From Vulcanimicrobiota bacterium (GTDB lineage: Bacteria > Vulcanimicrobiota > SpSt-956 > JAKJGF01), in NCBI GenBank assembly GCA_036746235.1, contig DAIOEN010000005.1:7879-71878 (forward strand): a stretch of 64,000 nt of DNA, written 5' to 3'. How positions within the stretch are numbered: the stretch's first letter is position 1; the number at the start of each line of letters is the position of its first letter. Shown here piece by piece: positions 1 to 11,187 of the stretch. The notes beneath the pieces are model-generated. The model had not been told where the DNA came from. It searched no databases and saw only the letters and a program-made list of their open reading frames with translations. The position numbers were made by a program, and so were the translations under genes.

Positions 1-2817
1 CTTTTTATTCAGTTTATTGCTGAAGAATTTTATGAAATGGTTTGACAGGAGTCTTATATCTTCTTTTCTCTCTCTTAAAGGAGGAAGTTTTATTTCCACT
101 ACTTCGAGGCGATAATATAAATCTTCTCTGAAATTTCCTTCCAGAACTTTCTTTTTTAAATCCTGATTTGTTGCTGCTACAAGGCGGACGTCAACTTTTA
201 CTGATTTTGATGATCCTACCGGTTCAAATTCCTTTTCCTGAAGTACTCGGAGCAGTTTTTTCTGTATTTCAGGATTGATATCTCCTATCTCATCCAGAAA
301 TATGGTGCCGCTGTCAGCCTGTTGAAAGCGACCTGTTTTATCCTTAATGGCACCGGTGAAAGCTCCCTTTACATGCCCAAAAAGTTCACTTTCAAAGAGA
401 TTTTCTGATATAGAAGGACATCCTACCTTTATAAGAGGTTTATGTCTTCTTACACCTTTATAATGCAGTGCTTCTGCTACAAGTTCTTTCCCTGTTCCGC
501 TTTCACCTGTAACAAGCACTGTACTGTTGATGTCGGCGAGATCTTCTATTATAGAGTAAATCTTCTGCATGGAAGGACTTTTCCCTATTATATTATGACA
601 TCTTGAACGTTCTATCTTTGTTTCTATAAGATTTTTTTCTTTTTTCCCTGTTTCATATCTTTCATAGACTCTTACAAAAATTTCTCTCAGCATTTTTAAG
701 AATCTTCTTTCTTCATCTTTCCAATCTCTTTCTCTTTTTTTCATAGTAAAACCGAAACAACCTGTCAGAATATTTTCTCTGTAAATAGGAAACATAAGAA
801 TAGATTTAATTTCATAATATAACCATTCTTTTTCATTGGCCATAACAGAGGAAATATTTATTTCTTCCAGATATTCCGGTTCTTTGAATTTTTCATAAAG
901 GAAGTTTGCAATTGAGTTACCTGTATAATTATGGGAGAGATTTTTAGAACACCATTCATGATTTTTATTTTTATTGAAGAAATAGAGACATACTCTGTCT
1001 GTATCTACAAATTTTCCTGCTGCTTCAAGACTGTGTTTTATTTCTTTATCAAAATCTGCCAATTTAAAATTGATAAATCTTGTAGATATATTTGTAATCA
1101 ATTCTTCCATTGACAGCCAGTAATTCAGATGATTTTCAGCTTTTTTTCTTTGTTCTATTTCCAGAATAAGTTCTTCTGTTCTTTTTTTTACAATATTTTC
1201 AAGGTTTCCCTGATATTCTTTTAATTTTTTTTCTCCTTCGTAACGTTTCCATACATTTACAAATATATCTCCCAGAAGTTTTAAAAGTTTCAGATCTTTT
1301 TTAAGCCAGATTCTTTCTTCAAAATAGCTGAAAAAACCTATAGAGCCAAGGGCTTTTTTATTCAGTGAAAGAGGAATTGAAACCAGAGATTTAACCTTTA
1401 TATGTTCGAAAAATTCTTTTTCTATATGACCTTCAGGAGGAAAATCAGACATTTTTTGTATATAAATAGTTTTAAGTTTCTGTGTCATGTCCATAAGCCA
1501 CGGAAATTTCTTTACATTACGGGCAGGTTTGCTCTGAGGTGGTTCTGCTTCAAAGAACATGGAAACATATATGAAAAAAATTCCTTCTATTATAACCAGC
1601 AATTTTACTATACTATTCTTCTGCCCCGTAAAGTAAAAGAGCTGTCCTGAATAGGTTGAGTGAATAATTCCTCTGTCATATATTTTTTTTAAAGATTTTT
1701 CCACAAGATAATAGTGGCTCAATCTTACTAACATTGGTATAAATCCTTTGGATAACCATTCATATCGGCCAGAACCATCTTCTGTTATAACAGTTATAAT
1801 ACATTCTGCTCCGACAAAATCTCTTATAACTTTTACCGTTTCTTCAATCTCACTGTTAAATCTGGAAAAATCAATATTGATAAATTTTGTGGCTATTTTC
1901 ACTACAAGATTTTCAAGGGACATAGTTCTGTGAGAAATATTTCTTTTATTTACAATATCTCTGGCTTCAATTGTTTTATATAAGATAATTGCTGTATCAT
2001 AATCTTCCGTACCTGAAGGTATTTTTATTATTTTAATATTAAAATAAGAAGTTTTATTTTTTATATTAATTTTCGTATTAAAAGTGAAAACAGGATTATC
2101 CATGGAAGCAAAAATGAGTAATTCAGGTTCTATATGGTTTAGAATATAAGATGAAAAAAAGAGCTTTTTATCACCTCTTTCACCGTATTCTTTCAGAAAT
2201 TTTTCAGAAGCTCTGTTAAGTCTTTTTATTTTATTGCTCTCATTGAGTAAGATAACAGGATTTTCCAGTTTGTTCAGTTCTTTCCAGTTATTTTCATCAT
2301 TTACACAGTTTAAATCAAGTTCTTCTGTGATTATGCTATTTTTCATGCAGAGCCATTCCATAGTAAAAGCCTGCCTGATAAAAGTGAAGCCTTTATTTAT
2401 TATTGAGCAATAATCCAGATATATATGGCCTTTTTCTCTGTCTGTAATAAGATCTATATAGGACTGACTGTAATATTTCAGTAAAAATATAAATTCCCCG
2501 GGATTTATATTTTTTTTCATATACCTTCTTGCCTGTATAATACCTGATGTTGAAAACAGGTCTTCCCTGTAGTTTTTTTTATTGTTTATCAGCGGGTTTG
2601 TCATATAGTTCAGGGAGAGAAGTATAATTTCATAAATAAAGTAGAAAGTAAAAAGAACTTTTTCCTGATTTATATTAAAATCTTCAATACTGTTATGGAT
2701 ATTTATATAACCCTGGAATTTTTCTCTGATGTATATTTTATTGTCTTTAACAAGATTATAGAGGTTTCTGATTGATATGCTGGATTTAAAAACAAATAAA
2801 TTTTCTATCATACCCAT
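1..2817 (-). CDS. sigma-54-dependent transcriptional activator (bEBP) with GAF-type sensory region and AAA+ domain; 3' end runs off the window
   Basis: Frame open from ATG 2817 to nt 1, so it is missing from the ORF track only because it is open-ended. Hand translation gives [34 protein letters not shown] (GAFTGA loop), [16 protein letters not shown]. Collinear paralog of 59421..62432. Confidence 0.85.
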   Translation of the reverse strand, partial: MGMIENLFVFKSSISIRNLYNLVKDNKIYIREKFQGYINIHNSIEDFNINQEKVLFTFYFIYEIILLSLNYMTNPLINNKKNYREDLFSTSGIIQARRYMKKNINPGEFIFLLKYYSQSYIDLITDREKGHIYLDYCSIINKGFTFIRQAFTMEWLCMKNSIITEELDLNCVNDENNWKELNKLENPVILLNESNKIKRLNRASEKFLKEYGERGDKKLFFSSYILNHIEPELLIFASMDNPVFTFNTKINIKNKTSYFNIKIIKIPSGTEDYDTAIILYKTIEARDIVNKRNISHRTMSLENLVVKIATKFINIDFSRFNSEIEETVKVIRDFVGAECIITVITEDGSGRYEWLSKGFIPMLVRLSHYYLVEKSLKKIYDRGIIHSTYSGQLFYFTGQKNSIVKLLVIIEGIFFIYVSMFFEAEPPQSKPARNVKKFPWLMDMTQKLKTIYIQKMSDFPPEGHIEKEFFEHIKVKSLVSIPLSLNKKALGSIGFFSYFEERIWLKKDLKLLKLLGDIFVNVWKRYEGEKKLKEYQGNLENIVKKRTEELILEIEQRKKAENHLNYWLSMEELITNISTRFINFKLADFDKEIKHSLEAAGKFVDTDRVCLYFFNKNKNHEWCSKNLSHNYTGNSIANFLYEKFKEPEYLEEINISSVMANEKEWLYYEIKSILMFPIYRENILTGCFGFTMKKRERDWKDEERRFLKMLREIFVRVYERYETGKKEKNLIETKIERSRCHNIIGKSPSMQKIYSIIEDLADINSTVLVTGESGTGKELVAEALHYKGVRRHKPLIKVGCPSISENLFESELFGHVKGAFTGAIKDKTGRFQQADSGTIFLDEIGDINPEIQKKLLRVLQEKEFEPVGSSKSVKVDVRLVAATNQDLKKKVLEGNFREDLYYRLEVVEIKLPPLRERKEDIRLLSNHFIKFFSNKLNKK

Positions 2818-2901
2818 TATTTTATCATAGTAAAGTCAAAAAATAAAGATGTCCTGATTTCTCAGGACTTTAAGTCAGGTATAATCTTATTGCTCCACCT
2901 G

Positions 2902-3942
2902 TTAATTTTTATTTTCTTTTTCAGCAGCTATTTCTTTAAAATCAATATTCTGTAAATATTTTAAATTTTCATTTATAGTATCAGGAACTATCAGATCAGA
3001 TGTTAAAATTTTACTTTCCTTTAACTCATTAACTATAAAGATTTTATATGAATCCAGGAGTCTTTTAAAGATTATATTGTAAGATTCATAGAAAAAAGAA
3101 AGGAGAACAGGATATTTTCTGTATGGTTTTAATTTTTTTATTGTCTGAGAATTATAATCAAAGGCCTGGGATGATAGAGCTTTAAGTCTCAGAGAAGACA
3201 GAAATGAAATATCCCATTTATGAGCACCGAGATTTTTTAAATATTCCAGTTTTTTTATATTTTCAATAATTTCTTTTGCTTTATCTCTTGAATTATTACG
3301 CCTTAGCCATGTGAGGGGTGTAATTTTAATCTTACTGTCACAGAGGAGACTTTCATTCAGTCTATTTTTTATATCGGCTGTCAATATATGAGATAATTTA
3401 TTATATATCTCTTCTTCTCCTTCTCCTCTGGCTCTTACTATAATTCTTTCTATTACGGTTATCCCGGGCCTTATAATTTTTTCTTTCAATAATTTTTTAC
3501 ATGCTATAGAATAAAGATAATAATTATCATCATTCTTTACAGATTCTTCTGTGAGCCATTTATTAAGTTCATAGAGATCGAGTTCAGTGGCTTTTCTGAA
3601 GCCAAGATATTCCTGAATCTCCATTAAATGATCTGTTCTCGTCTGTTTTCTGACTTTACCATATTCTTTTAAAACATTTATTTTTATTCCCAGCTGGTTT
3701 CCTATATATTTTGCAATTACAGGTGAAACATTGTTCAGATTTTTCGGACAGAAACCGGAGTAACGTAAAATACACATCTGTAAGGCAAAGCCAAATTTAT
3801 TAAAAGATTTTCTATGTTTGTTTACTTCTTTCATATCATTTTCAGAAAGAGTAAAAAAATCAATCAAATTTTCTTCTGAAACTTCTTCTGTGAATTCTCT
3901 CAAATATTCTCTCTGTTCTTCTGATAAAAATTCTCCAGGCAT
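2902..3942 (-). mobile_element. Tn3-family transposase N-terminal fragment (DUF4158-like region only, no DDE catalytic domain)
   Basis: 346-aa ORF. LSEEQREYL..FFTLSENDM..NKFGFALQMCILRYSGF..VIAKYIGNQLGI resembles the conserved N-terminus of ~1000-aa Tn3 TnpA. The ORF ends before any catalytic domain. No terminal inverted repeats recognised. Confidence 0.55.
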
Positions 3943-4122
3943 AATTTCTACCTCCTTTTTTTTATCTTACTTATATTAAAGGCAGAATTTATACCACTGG
4001 ACTTTAAATAACTTTTAGATAGAATATATAGCAGGTTAAAACCTTATATATAGAGGAATAAAAATATTTTTTATTTTTTTATTGACAGTTAATTTCCATG
4101 AAAAAATACCTGTTTTTTTATC

Positions 4123-4155
4123 TGTAAAATGTAAAACGTAATTTTACATTTTACA
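4123..4155. repeat. perfect 14-bp-arm palindrome tgtaaaatgtaaaa/ttttacattttaca
   Basis: Read directly. Lies 43 nt downstream of the stop of kinase 4198..6357. Core gtaaaatgtaaa/tttacattttac is shared with the palindrome at 42855..42890. Confidence 0.7.
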
Positions 4156-4197
4156 TTTATTCTTTACATTTATTTACATAAATTATTGTGGATCAAT

Positions 4198-6357
4198 TTA
4201 TATAAATTTTCTGACTGTTTCGGATAGTTCCCGGATTGAATATGGTTTTGCAATACATTCTTTTATGCCTGTCTCTTTGATTTTTTCTTTATCCAGGAAA
4301 TCTTTTACTCCTGTTGAGAGTATTACAGTGATAGAAGGTTTTATTTTCAGTATTTCTTCTGCAAGGTTTATACCTGTCAGGCATGGCATGCAGTAATCAG
4401 TTATTACAAGATCAAATATTTCCTGGTTTTCTTTGAAAAGTCTGAGAGCATCGGAACTATTATTTTTTCCTGTTACTCTGTATCCGAATTTCTTCAATAT
4501 ATGGGAAGCTGTAAAAACAATATCTTCTTCATCATCTACAAAAAGAATATGTCCTTTATCTTCTTTAGAATTATATATTTTTTCATCATGTGCTTCAGGT
4601 TCTAAAGCAGATGTTTCCATACATTTATCTTCTTCTATTTGACTTTCAGGCAGAATTATTTCAAAGCATGTACCTTTCCCTTTTTCACTTTTAACAGATA
4701 TTTCTCCACCGTAAATACCTGTTATGCCATGTACTATGGATAATCCGAGTCCTGTGCCTTCTCCCGGAGATTTTGTCGTAAAATAAGGTTCAAATATACG
4801 TTCTGCTGTGTCTTTATCCATGCCGTATCCCGTATCTTTTACAGTAATTTTTACATAAGTGCCTTCTGTTGACATATGAACCCTCTCAAGGCTTATTGAA
4901 AGTATACCTCCTGAATTTTTCATGGCATGGCATGCATTTATAAAGAGATTTGTAAAAATCTGATACAGTCCTGTGTGATCTCCTGAAATTGCAATATCTT
5001 TTTCTTTTATATCTGTTACTATCTGAATATCTGGAGTTATGAAAGACTTTATGAGATTTATTGCTTCTTCTATGGAAGGATATACTTTTACTGGTAACTT
5101 TTTTTCTTCTATTTTTTTACTGAAGGTAAGGATTTTTTTTACCATTTCCGCTCCTCTTTCAGATACTCTGATTATCTCTATCAGATTTGAATAAAGTTCA
5201 CTTCCTTTTTTTGCATTATCGAGAGAAATACCGGCATAACCCATAATAGCCATAAGTATATTGTTGAAATCATGGGAAATACCTCCTGCAAGGGTTCCTA
5301 TGGCTTCCATTTTTCTTGCATGTAAAAGTTTTCTTTCCAGTTCTTCTCTCTCTTTTTCTGCCTTTTCTCTTTTTAGTCTTTCGTAGAGTATTGGTGATAT
5401 GAAATTTGAAATAGATTCTAAAAGTTTTATGTCTTTATCTGTATAGTCATTTTGTTTATTTGCTAAAGTAATAAAACCTACAGGTTTATCTCCATATATA
5501 AGAGGTACTGTAAAGGCTCTTTCCAGAATAATATGTCCTTCCGGCACCGGAATGTATTTATTCTCGCACCTGTGTTTTCCATTCAGAAGGACGTTTTTAT
5601 ATATAGATTCCATGCTGTCATTGGATGGAGTAAATTTTACCTCTTTTAGTTCAATATTATTCCATATATATTTTGTAATTGATTTCTCTGTATTTTTATT
5701 AATAAATCCCATAACTCCCCAGGAGCTTTGCAGGGCATCTGTTAATCTGTTCAGTACATTTCTATATGTATCTTTCCCTTCAGTTGTAAGAAAGATTTTT
5801 GCTATATCGTTTATTATGGAAACTTCGTATTCTGACTGTTTTAATTTTTCTTCTGCCAGTTTTTTTTCTGTTATATTCTGTATCTGCCCTATCATAAAGA
5901 CAGGATTATTTTCATCGTTCCTTACGACTGTCCCGTGGATCATGCCGTATATTATATGGCCTTCTTTATGTATGTATCTTTTTTCTATAAATACCTGTTT
6001 TATATTTCCTTCTATTATTTTTTTTATTTCCTCTTCATCTTTACTGTAGTCTTCCGGTAATGTAATATCTTTTATGTTTTTCTCCAGGAGTTCTTTTTCA
6101 GAATAACCGAGCATATTACAGAAACTTTTATTTGTTTTTACATATTGACCTTTTAAGGATACTATGGCCATGCCTATACCGGAATCTTCAAACATTCTTC
6201 TGAATTTTTCTTCTGAAAGGTTCAGGTTTTTTTCTGCTTCTTTTTTTCTATGAGATAGAATCTGTAATCTCTCTTCCTGTATTTTAAATTTCGCTTTCTG
6301 CGTAATTTTTTTTAATTCTTCAAGGAATTCCTTTCCTCTTTCTCTATTGTAATTCAT
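4198..6357 (-). CDS. hybrid sensor histidine kinase (PAS-GAF-HisKA-HATPase-receiver)
   Basis: 719-aa ORF. PAS (FRRMFEDSGIGMAIV..), H-box GGISHDFNNIL, G-boxes DTGYGMD / GTGLGLSIV, C-terminal receiver (ILFVDDEEDIV..VITDYCMP..KP). Confidence 0.9.
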   Translation of the reverse strand: MNYNRERGKEFLEELKKITQKAKFKIQEERLQILSHRKKEAEKNLNLSEEKFRRMFEDSGIGMAIVSLKGQYVKTNKSFCNMLGYSEKELLEKNIKDITLPEDYSKDEEEIKKIIEGNIKQVFIEKRYIHKEGHIIYGMIHGTVVRNDENNPVFMIGQIQNITEKKLAEEKLKQSEYEVSIINDIAKIFLTTEGKDTYRNVLNRLTDALQSSWGVMGFINKNTEKSITKYIWNNIELKEVKFTPSNDSMESIYKNVLLNGKHRCENKYIPVPEGHIILERAFTVPLIYGDKPVGFITLANKQNDYTDKDIKLLESISNFISPILYERLKREKAEKEREELERKLLHARKMEAIGTLAGGISHDFNNILMAIMGYAGISLDNAKKGSELYSNLIEIIRVSERGAEMVKKILTFSKKIEEKKLPVKVYPSIEEAINLIKSFITPDIQIVTDIKEKDIAISGDHTGLYQIFTNLFINACHAMKNSGGILSISLERVHMSTEGTYVKITVKDTGYGMDKDTAERIFEPYFTTKSPGEGTGLGLSIVHGITGIYGGEISVKSEKGKGTCFEIILPESQIEEDKCMETSALEPEAHDEKIYNSKEDKGHILFVDDEEDIVFTASHILKKFGYRVTGKNNSSDALRLFKENQEIFDLVITDYCMPCLTGINLAEEILKIKPSITVILSTGVKDFLDKEKIKETGIKECIAKPYSIRELSETVRKFI

Positions 6358-7554
6358 ATAAAACTCCCTCTTATTTGTTTTTTTCTATTATAACTTTTTT
6401 AGATGATATTTTATATAGCCTTGAAAATGAAAAGCCCTGAGAATTAGGGTTTTAAAACCTTTGTAATAGTTAAGTTTACAGTGTAAAAGTAAGATTTACA
6501 GTTGTTTTATGTCGATTTGTATTTATGTATAATTTATTTTTAATTACACTATAATGACCTTTTTAAGATAATTTTCATAAAAGATGATTTTCCTGAATGA
6601 AATATTAATTTTTTACAATCTTATGGTGGTTAGTATGATGTTGAAGCAAATAATAAAGTCGAATATACTGAAACTATGGATGAAGACAAACAGGTTATTG
6701 TGGCAAAGACTGTTAATACTAAAAAGTCGTATTTTACAGAAGTGGATAGCAGTACAGGTTTCGTTATAGATGAATGGTAATGGAAGGCAAATTCCGTGAA
6801 AAATTTGAAGAAGACGGTAAAACAGTATATACAGGCTATGTTGACGCCTCCCCCGTAATACTGATAATTGCACGGAAACAAAAGCCGTTCATTTATATCT
6901 TTCTCCTTCAGATGCATCTGCTATAGAGATGTTAAGTGGTGATGATACAGGAGCAGTCCGGTGGATGAAATTAAATAATAAAAACATATTTTCTCTATAT
7001 GCCAGTCACAGTCAATTTGTGAAAGAGGCTGTATTACAGTGGGAAAAAGATACATTTCATCTGAGGGTACAGTTGTGTAAACAGTTTAAACGTAACCTGT
7101 TTACACAACTGTGAAATCCGGGCCGGGGATAGCCTCTTTTAAGATATATGTTCAATGACTTCAGGATTGGCGATTAGATACCATCCTCTAAATGTTGTAA
7201 ATATAGGACAAAAAATAACGAGTACTTTTTTAATGAGTGCTTATAGCGGTAATTATAACAATGATTTTCCGGGACAATCTCTGCAGTGGCACTTCTCGAT
7301 AAAAACATTTGACTTCTGAGTTCATACTCGTTACATCTGGCATCATACGAGCTTCTTATGACACACAATTTGTCATTTCTTATTGCTACGAAATCTGATT
7401 AATCCGGAGCCTCCTGAAGAGATTTAGCTGGTGTCATATTTACCGATTGTAGCACTAATACCTCAGAATCCCCGCTACTCTATACCGGTTATACTTCCTG
7501 AGAATCAGGAAAAATGAAGATTCTCAGCTCTCCGATTATAGTGTACTTATCGCT

Positions 7555-7656
7555 ATCGTTTTTTTTTGTCTGAATTATCAAACGGTAAAATAAGTATACT
7601 TGTTAATAAAATGTTAACATTTTGTTTGATATAATTCTGTAGAAATATGCTATGAT
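7555..7656 (+). promoter_or_regulatory. conserved regulon promoter module, copy A
   Basis: atcgtt 7555-7560, tgtct 7567-7571, 30 nt, gttaataaaatgttaaca 7602-7619, 31 nt, tgc-tatgat (tatgat 7651-7656). Upstream of 7724. Confidence 0.75.
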
Positions 7657-7723
7657 TAGTTCATAAAAATCAGGACATCTAAAAAAATCTGTCCTGAATT
7701 TAAAAGAAAGGAAGTTTTTGTAT

Positions 7724-7933
7724 ATGAAAATTAATCAGACAACTAACTCATCATTTGTAAACACAGGAATAAAAAAGGGAATGGCTGAAGAGGAATTTAG
7801 CTCAAAAGATGTTTTTCAGAAAACAGAAAAACATGAAGATCTTGGGGTTTATAGAGGTAATAAGGCAGTCAAATCAAGTTCATCACCGGGAGAAGATCTT
7901 GCTATCGATCTCATATCAGATTCATGTCAATAA
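7724..7933 (+). CDS. small protein consisting only of the family N-terminal leader (MKINQTTNSSFVNTG...)
   Basis: ATG 7724 sits inside track ORF 7718..7933. The N-terminus aligns with the leaders of 12246..12773 and 30902..31405, but no glycine-zipper part follows. Confidence 0.5.
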   Translation: MKINQTTNSSFVNTGIKKGMAEEEFSSKDVFQKTEKHEDLGVYRGNKAVKSSSSPGEDLAIDLISDSCQ

Positions 7934-8184
7934 GGAACAGACTGCTGCAATAATGTTTTGTGATTATATCAGGGAGCAATTCCTGATAGTCACATATACA
8001 GTATAAACTTATAAGCCCGGTCTGCAATTATGATGCAGTGAATTTAAAAGATATTGCTGATTATTTATTCTGTATAGATTGTTGTACCGGGCAATTTATA
8101 TTCACTTTCGCAAATCTAACAGAAAAAGATAAATTGGAGAAACCCTTTAGAAGTGACGTCAATTTCATCATAAGGAGAGTTATT

Positions 8185-10491
8185 ATGAAACATACAGTAA
8201 TGTCAATACAGGGAAAGTTAAAATCTACAATAAATTTTACTCGAAGTTTTCTAAAAAAACCGGTGGAAATAAATCCTGAGGGAAGAGATTTTTTTATTTC
8301 TTCCGGTAAAGATGAAAAGGAATGGACAGTTCTTATTTACGGAGAAGGTAAAAATAGACTTGCCTATTCCACCGATGCAGCTCTGAATAAAATGGAGAAA
8401 GTCGGTTCAAACAAAGATGTAAATATTGTAGTACAGGCTACAGTCAGTCCGAGCTGGAAAGAAAGATTTTCTCCTGAGATGGGAAGAGTAAATACAAGGC
8501 GTTATTATATTACTAAAGATAATAATGAAGAAAAGATAACTTCTCCTATAGTGGAAGACCTGGGAGAACAAGTTCCCCTGAATGCTGATACTCTGTCAGA
8601 TTTTCTATCCTGGGGTATGAAGGAGTTTCCTGCGAAACATTACATGGTAGTAATAAAGAAACATGGCAGTGGATTTATGAAAACCCGCCATGAGCCACTT
8701 TCTGCAGCAGAACTTGGTGAAGCACTGGAAAAAACAGAGGCGAAAACAGGAAAAACTGTGGATATTCTCTCTTTTGACAGTTGTTCTATGTCACAGATGG
8801 AAGTAGGATATGAAATAAAAGAACATGTGAGAGTTATGGCCGGTTCTCAGGAGGATATATATGCTATTGACTATCCTTATGAAAGAATACTTTCCGGACT
8901 CCAGGAAAAAGCCGGTGTAATAACGGCGAGAGAAGCTGGAGAACTCATTGTTAAATCCCATGAAATAGACGTTCCCAGAGGCATTCAGACAGCAATAGAT
9001 CTGGAAAAATTGAAAAACGTAGGAATAGCCACAAAGGAGCTTGTAGAAACATTAATTAAAAAAGGAATAAAAAGAGAAATAATTTATACCGATATGCTGA
9101 AAACCTCATCTATGGAGCCTGTTGAAAGTAGAAGACTTGCTTTTGATTTCAGAGATGAAAGAGGTTTTCTTAAAAATCTTATGGAAGATAAACATATTAC
9201 ATCAGAAGAAATTAAAGAAAAAGCAAAAATACTGGATGATATGCTTTCAGATGCAGTAATAGCTCATTATATATGGGATACAAAGAAAAAAGTAAAAGAC
9301 GGAAGGGGACTGAACCTTTATATTCCATGGAAAAATCCTTCTAAAGATATAAGAAAAAAATACGACAGTCTTAAATTTGAAAAAGACAGTACCTGGATGA
9401 AACTTATAGATTATATTTTTGAAGATAAACATGTAGCAGAAGATTTTGGAAATGGAATAAAATCATCAGATGAAAAAAATAAACCTGAAAAATTATCTCT
9501 TTCACAGAAATTGGGAAAAGAAATCATACATAATTATAAAAAATATGTTGCCCCCTATCATATGTCTGTCTGCAGGCACATTCCCAGTTGTTCCCAGTAC
9601 GGAAGGGAAGCAATAGAAAAACACGGACTTGTTCAGGGCGGTAAAATGGCTTTTATGCGCATACTGGGCTGTAATTCTGAAGCAACTGCAAAATATGATC
9701 CTGTTCCTGACTTACCACCGGAAGGGGAAGAGGTAAAATGTAATATAGAATATGGAGAAGTACCACCTGATTTCAAAGATAACAACCTTCCTGAAATACT
9801 CGTAACTCCGCCGAAAACAGAAGAAAAATCTCCTTTAAAGAAATATATTGAAAATCATATTATTTCAGCAGGTGCATTAACAGGAAAAATCCTGGGAGGA
9901 ATTACAGGTGCACTTGTTTCATTACCTGTTGGCACTGCTATGGGAGCTATACTTGGAACAAAATCGGGAAGAGATGAAATCACTGATTTCAACAGAAAAC
10001 TCCTCTCAAAATACCACAGAGATTCTGTAAAAGATTTTGCAAATATTGAAAGAGTTGTGGGGACACCGGGTTATAATGTTCATGAAAAAGTAAAAGAACT
10101 TACGGGATCTTTTACAATTACAGAAGATACTCTGAAGAATTCCGGTATAGAAATGTTAAATAGTACATCTGCCGGAACACTTATAAATAAAAGATTTTCA
10201 GAAAAAAAATTAAGAGAAGAACTTTCCGGTCTGAAATTTAACGAAGGAGATATAGATGTAATTATAAATAATGCATCTTACAGTTATAATGAAATCCTTG
10301 CAAAAGTTCTGGGAGGTTCTGCCGGAGCAATAACAGGAACACTTATAGGTGCTCTTGGCGGATCTGCAGTAGGATATCGCTGGGGTTCAAAATTTTCCGG
10401 TTTATTTGCACAGAATTATTTGAAAGAAAAATTTGGAGAACTGGCTACAAAAATAGAAACAGAGCAGATACTTAAATATTATTATGAATAA
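8185..10491 (+). CDS. clostripain-like (C11) cysteine peptidase fused to a YidD-like domain and C-terminal glycine-zipper membrane segments
   Basis: RBS aaggag 7 nt before ATG 8185. C11 motifs WTVLIYGEG.., KKHGSGF (His), LSFDSCSMSQMEVGYE (Cys). YidD motif CRHIPSCSQYGREAIEKHGLVQGGKMAFMRILGCN..YDPVP (nt ~9514-9711). GxxxG-rich hydrophobic stretches near the C-terminus. Confidence 0.8.
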   Translation: MKHTVMSIQGKLKSTINFTRSFLKKPVEINPEGRDFFISSGKDEKEWTVLIYGEGKNRLAYSTDAALNKMEKVGSNKDVNIVVQATVSPSWKERFSPEMGRVNTRRYYITKDNNEEKITSPIVEDLGEQVPLNADTLSDFLSWGMKEFPAKHYMVVIKKHGSGFMKTRHEPLSAAELGEALEKTEAKTGKTVDILSFDSCSMSQMEVGYEIKEHVRVMAGSQEDIYAIDYPYERILSGLQEKAGVITAREAGELIVKSHEIDVPRGIQTAIDLEKLKNVGIATKELVETLIKKGIKREIIYTDMLKTSSMEPVESRRLAFDFRDERGFLKNLMEDKHITSEEIKEKAKILDDMLSDAVIAHYIWDTKKKVKDGRGLNLYIPWKNPSKDIRKKYDSLKFEKDSTWMKLIDYIFEDKHVAEDFGNGIKSSDEKNKPEKLSLSQKLGKEIIHNYKKYVAPYHMSVCRHIPSCSQYGREAIEKHGLVQGGKMAFMRILGCNSEATAKYDPVPDLPPEGEEVKCNIEYGEVPPDFKDNNLPEILVTPPKTEEKSPLKKYIENHIISAGALTGKILGGITGALVSLPVGTAMGAILGTKSGRDEITDFNRKLLSKYHRDSVKDFANIERVVGTPGYNVHEKVKELTGSFTITEDTLKNSGIEMLNSTSAGTLINKRFSEKKLREELSGLKFNEGDIDVIINNASYSYNEILAKVLGGSAGAITGTLIGALGGSAVGYRWGSKFSGLFAQNYLKEKFGELATKIETEQILKYYYE

Positions 10492-10520
10492 TATTATGTG
10501 AAAATACTGTAAGAAAATAA

Positions 10521-10549
10521 AAAAATCAGGTAACTTACCTGATTTTTTT
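10521..10549 (+). terminator. rho-independent terminator after 8185..10491
   Basis: atcaggt/acctgat stem followed by a T7 run. Confidence 0.6.
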
Positions 10550-10579
10550 AGAAATTACTTAATAATTTGAGATTATATG

Positions 10580-10655
10580 AATTTTCATTTTTAACGGCGT
10601 AAAATAAAGCTTTAGATGAAAATTATGTAGAGGCAATTTATCTGAATAATTTATA
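10580..10655 (+). repeat. intergenic repeat family X, copy 1
   Basis: attttcatttttaacggcgtaaaataaagctttagatgaaaattatgtagaggcaatttatctgaataattta. About 75 nt, related to five other copies, all on the + strand. Confidence 0.75.
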
Positions 10656-10658
10656 AAA

Positions 10659-10946
10659 TTAATTATTGCTGCTATTTTTCAGAATATCAAATCTAAAAGA
10701 CCTGGGATATTTCTCTGTAAAAACCAGAGATGAACTCAATTTTTCATGGATAAAACAAAATTCTGATTTTTCTTCATCCACATTTATTCCATTTTCTTTC
10801 AAATCACTTACCATGTTACAGCAGAATTCTTTTACCTGTCCTTCATTGATCAGTAAATTTTTAACAAATTCCATGTAATTTTTAGTTGAAAACTTTTTGT
10901 TGAAAATTATTTCAACCTTTGATTCCGGTAATCTGTAATCGGACAT
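10659..10946 (-). CDS. small hypothetical soluble protein (95 aa) driven by promoter module B
   Basis: ORF with aggtga RBS before ATG 10946 (MSDYRLPESK..). No TM segment or leader. Full promoter module upstream. Confidence 0.5.
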   Translation of the reverse strand: MSDYRLPESKVEIIFNKKFSTKNYMEFVKNLLINEGQVKEFCCNMVSDLKENGINVDEEKSEFCFIHEKLSSSLVFTEKYPRSFRFDILKNSSNN

Positions 10947-10986
10947 TTCTTTCACCTGCTTTCTTCCTTACTGTTTGTTTTTTATT

Positions 10987-11090
10987 ATTATAATCAAAAT
11001 TATGTAAATTTGAAGATAAAAAATGTTAACATTTTGTTAACAGAATACACAATTTATACAACTTTATTTCAGACACAGAGAAACGTTAAC
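10987..11090 (-). promoter_or_regulatory. conserved regulon promoter module, copy B
   Basis: On the minus strand: aacgtt (11082-11087), tgtct (11071-11075), gttaacaaaatgttaaca (11024-11041), 31 nt, tataat (10987-10992). Confidence 0.75.
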
Positions 11091-11187
11091 AATATAATTG
11101 TTTGCTGAAATGATTGTAAAGAGTTGTCAGGAAATAGCTGCATTTTATTACTGTAACAGATAAAAAAATATCCCAGAATCTATAAAT

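Noticed and set aside
5552-6049. Long antisense ORFs inside large genes. Examples: 5552..6049, 14922..15422, 22784..23197, 22932..23261, 23430..23783, 11502..11886, 12307..12525, 52367..52924 and 51695..52054.
   Set aside because: Each lies wholly within, and opposite to, a longer ORF with clear domain content. Their low-complexity, Pro/Ser/Ile-rich translations are typical shadow ORFs.
7287-7305. Candidate sigma-54 promoters: TGGCAC at 7287-7292; ctggcattttttt at 33893; ctggcatcttgcc at 13166.
   Set aside because: None has the GG-N10-GC spacing with a TTGC(A/T) -12 element. The conserved regulon modules contain no TGGCAC-like box. I therefore do not claim that the flanking bEBPs control these genes.
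7110-7560. G+C-richer non-coding stretch, examined for a group II intron, tmRNA, RNase P or a Tn3 inverted repeat.
   Set aside because: I could not recognise any diagnostic motif: no GUGYG...domain V, no tRNA-like end, and no GGGG-type 38-bp IR pair. It is left unassigned.
8038-8184. The 49-codon N-terminal extension of the track ORF 8038..10491 (GTG start).
   Set aside because: A strong aaggag RBS precedes the internal ATG at 8185, and the upstream part has no family similarity. Similar trimming was applied at 19679->19766, 25081->25195, 43015->43072, 55277->55361, 57016->57130, 23773->23764 and 22110->22098.
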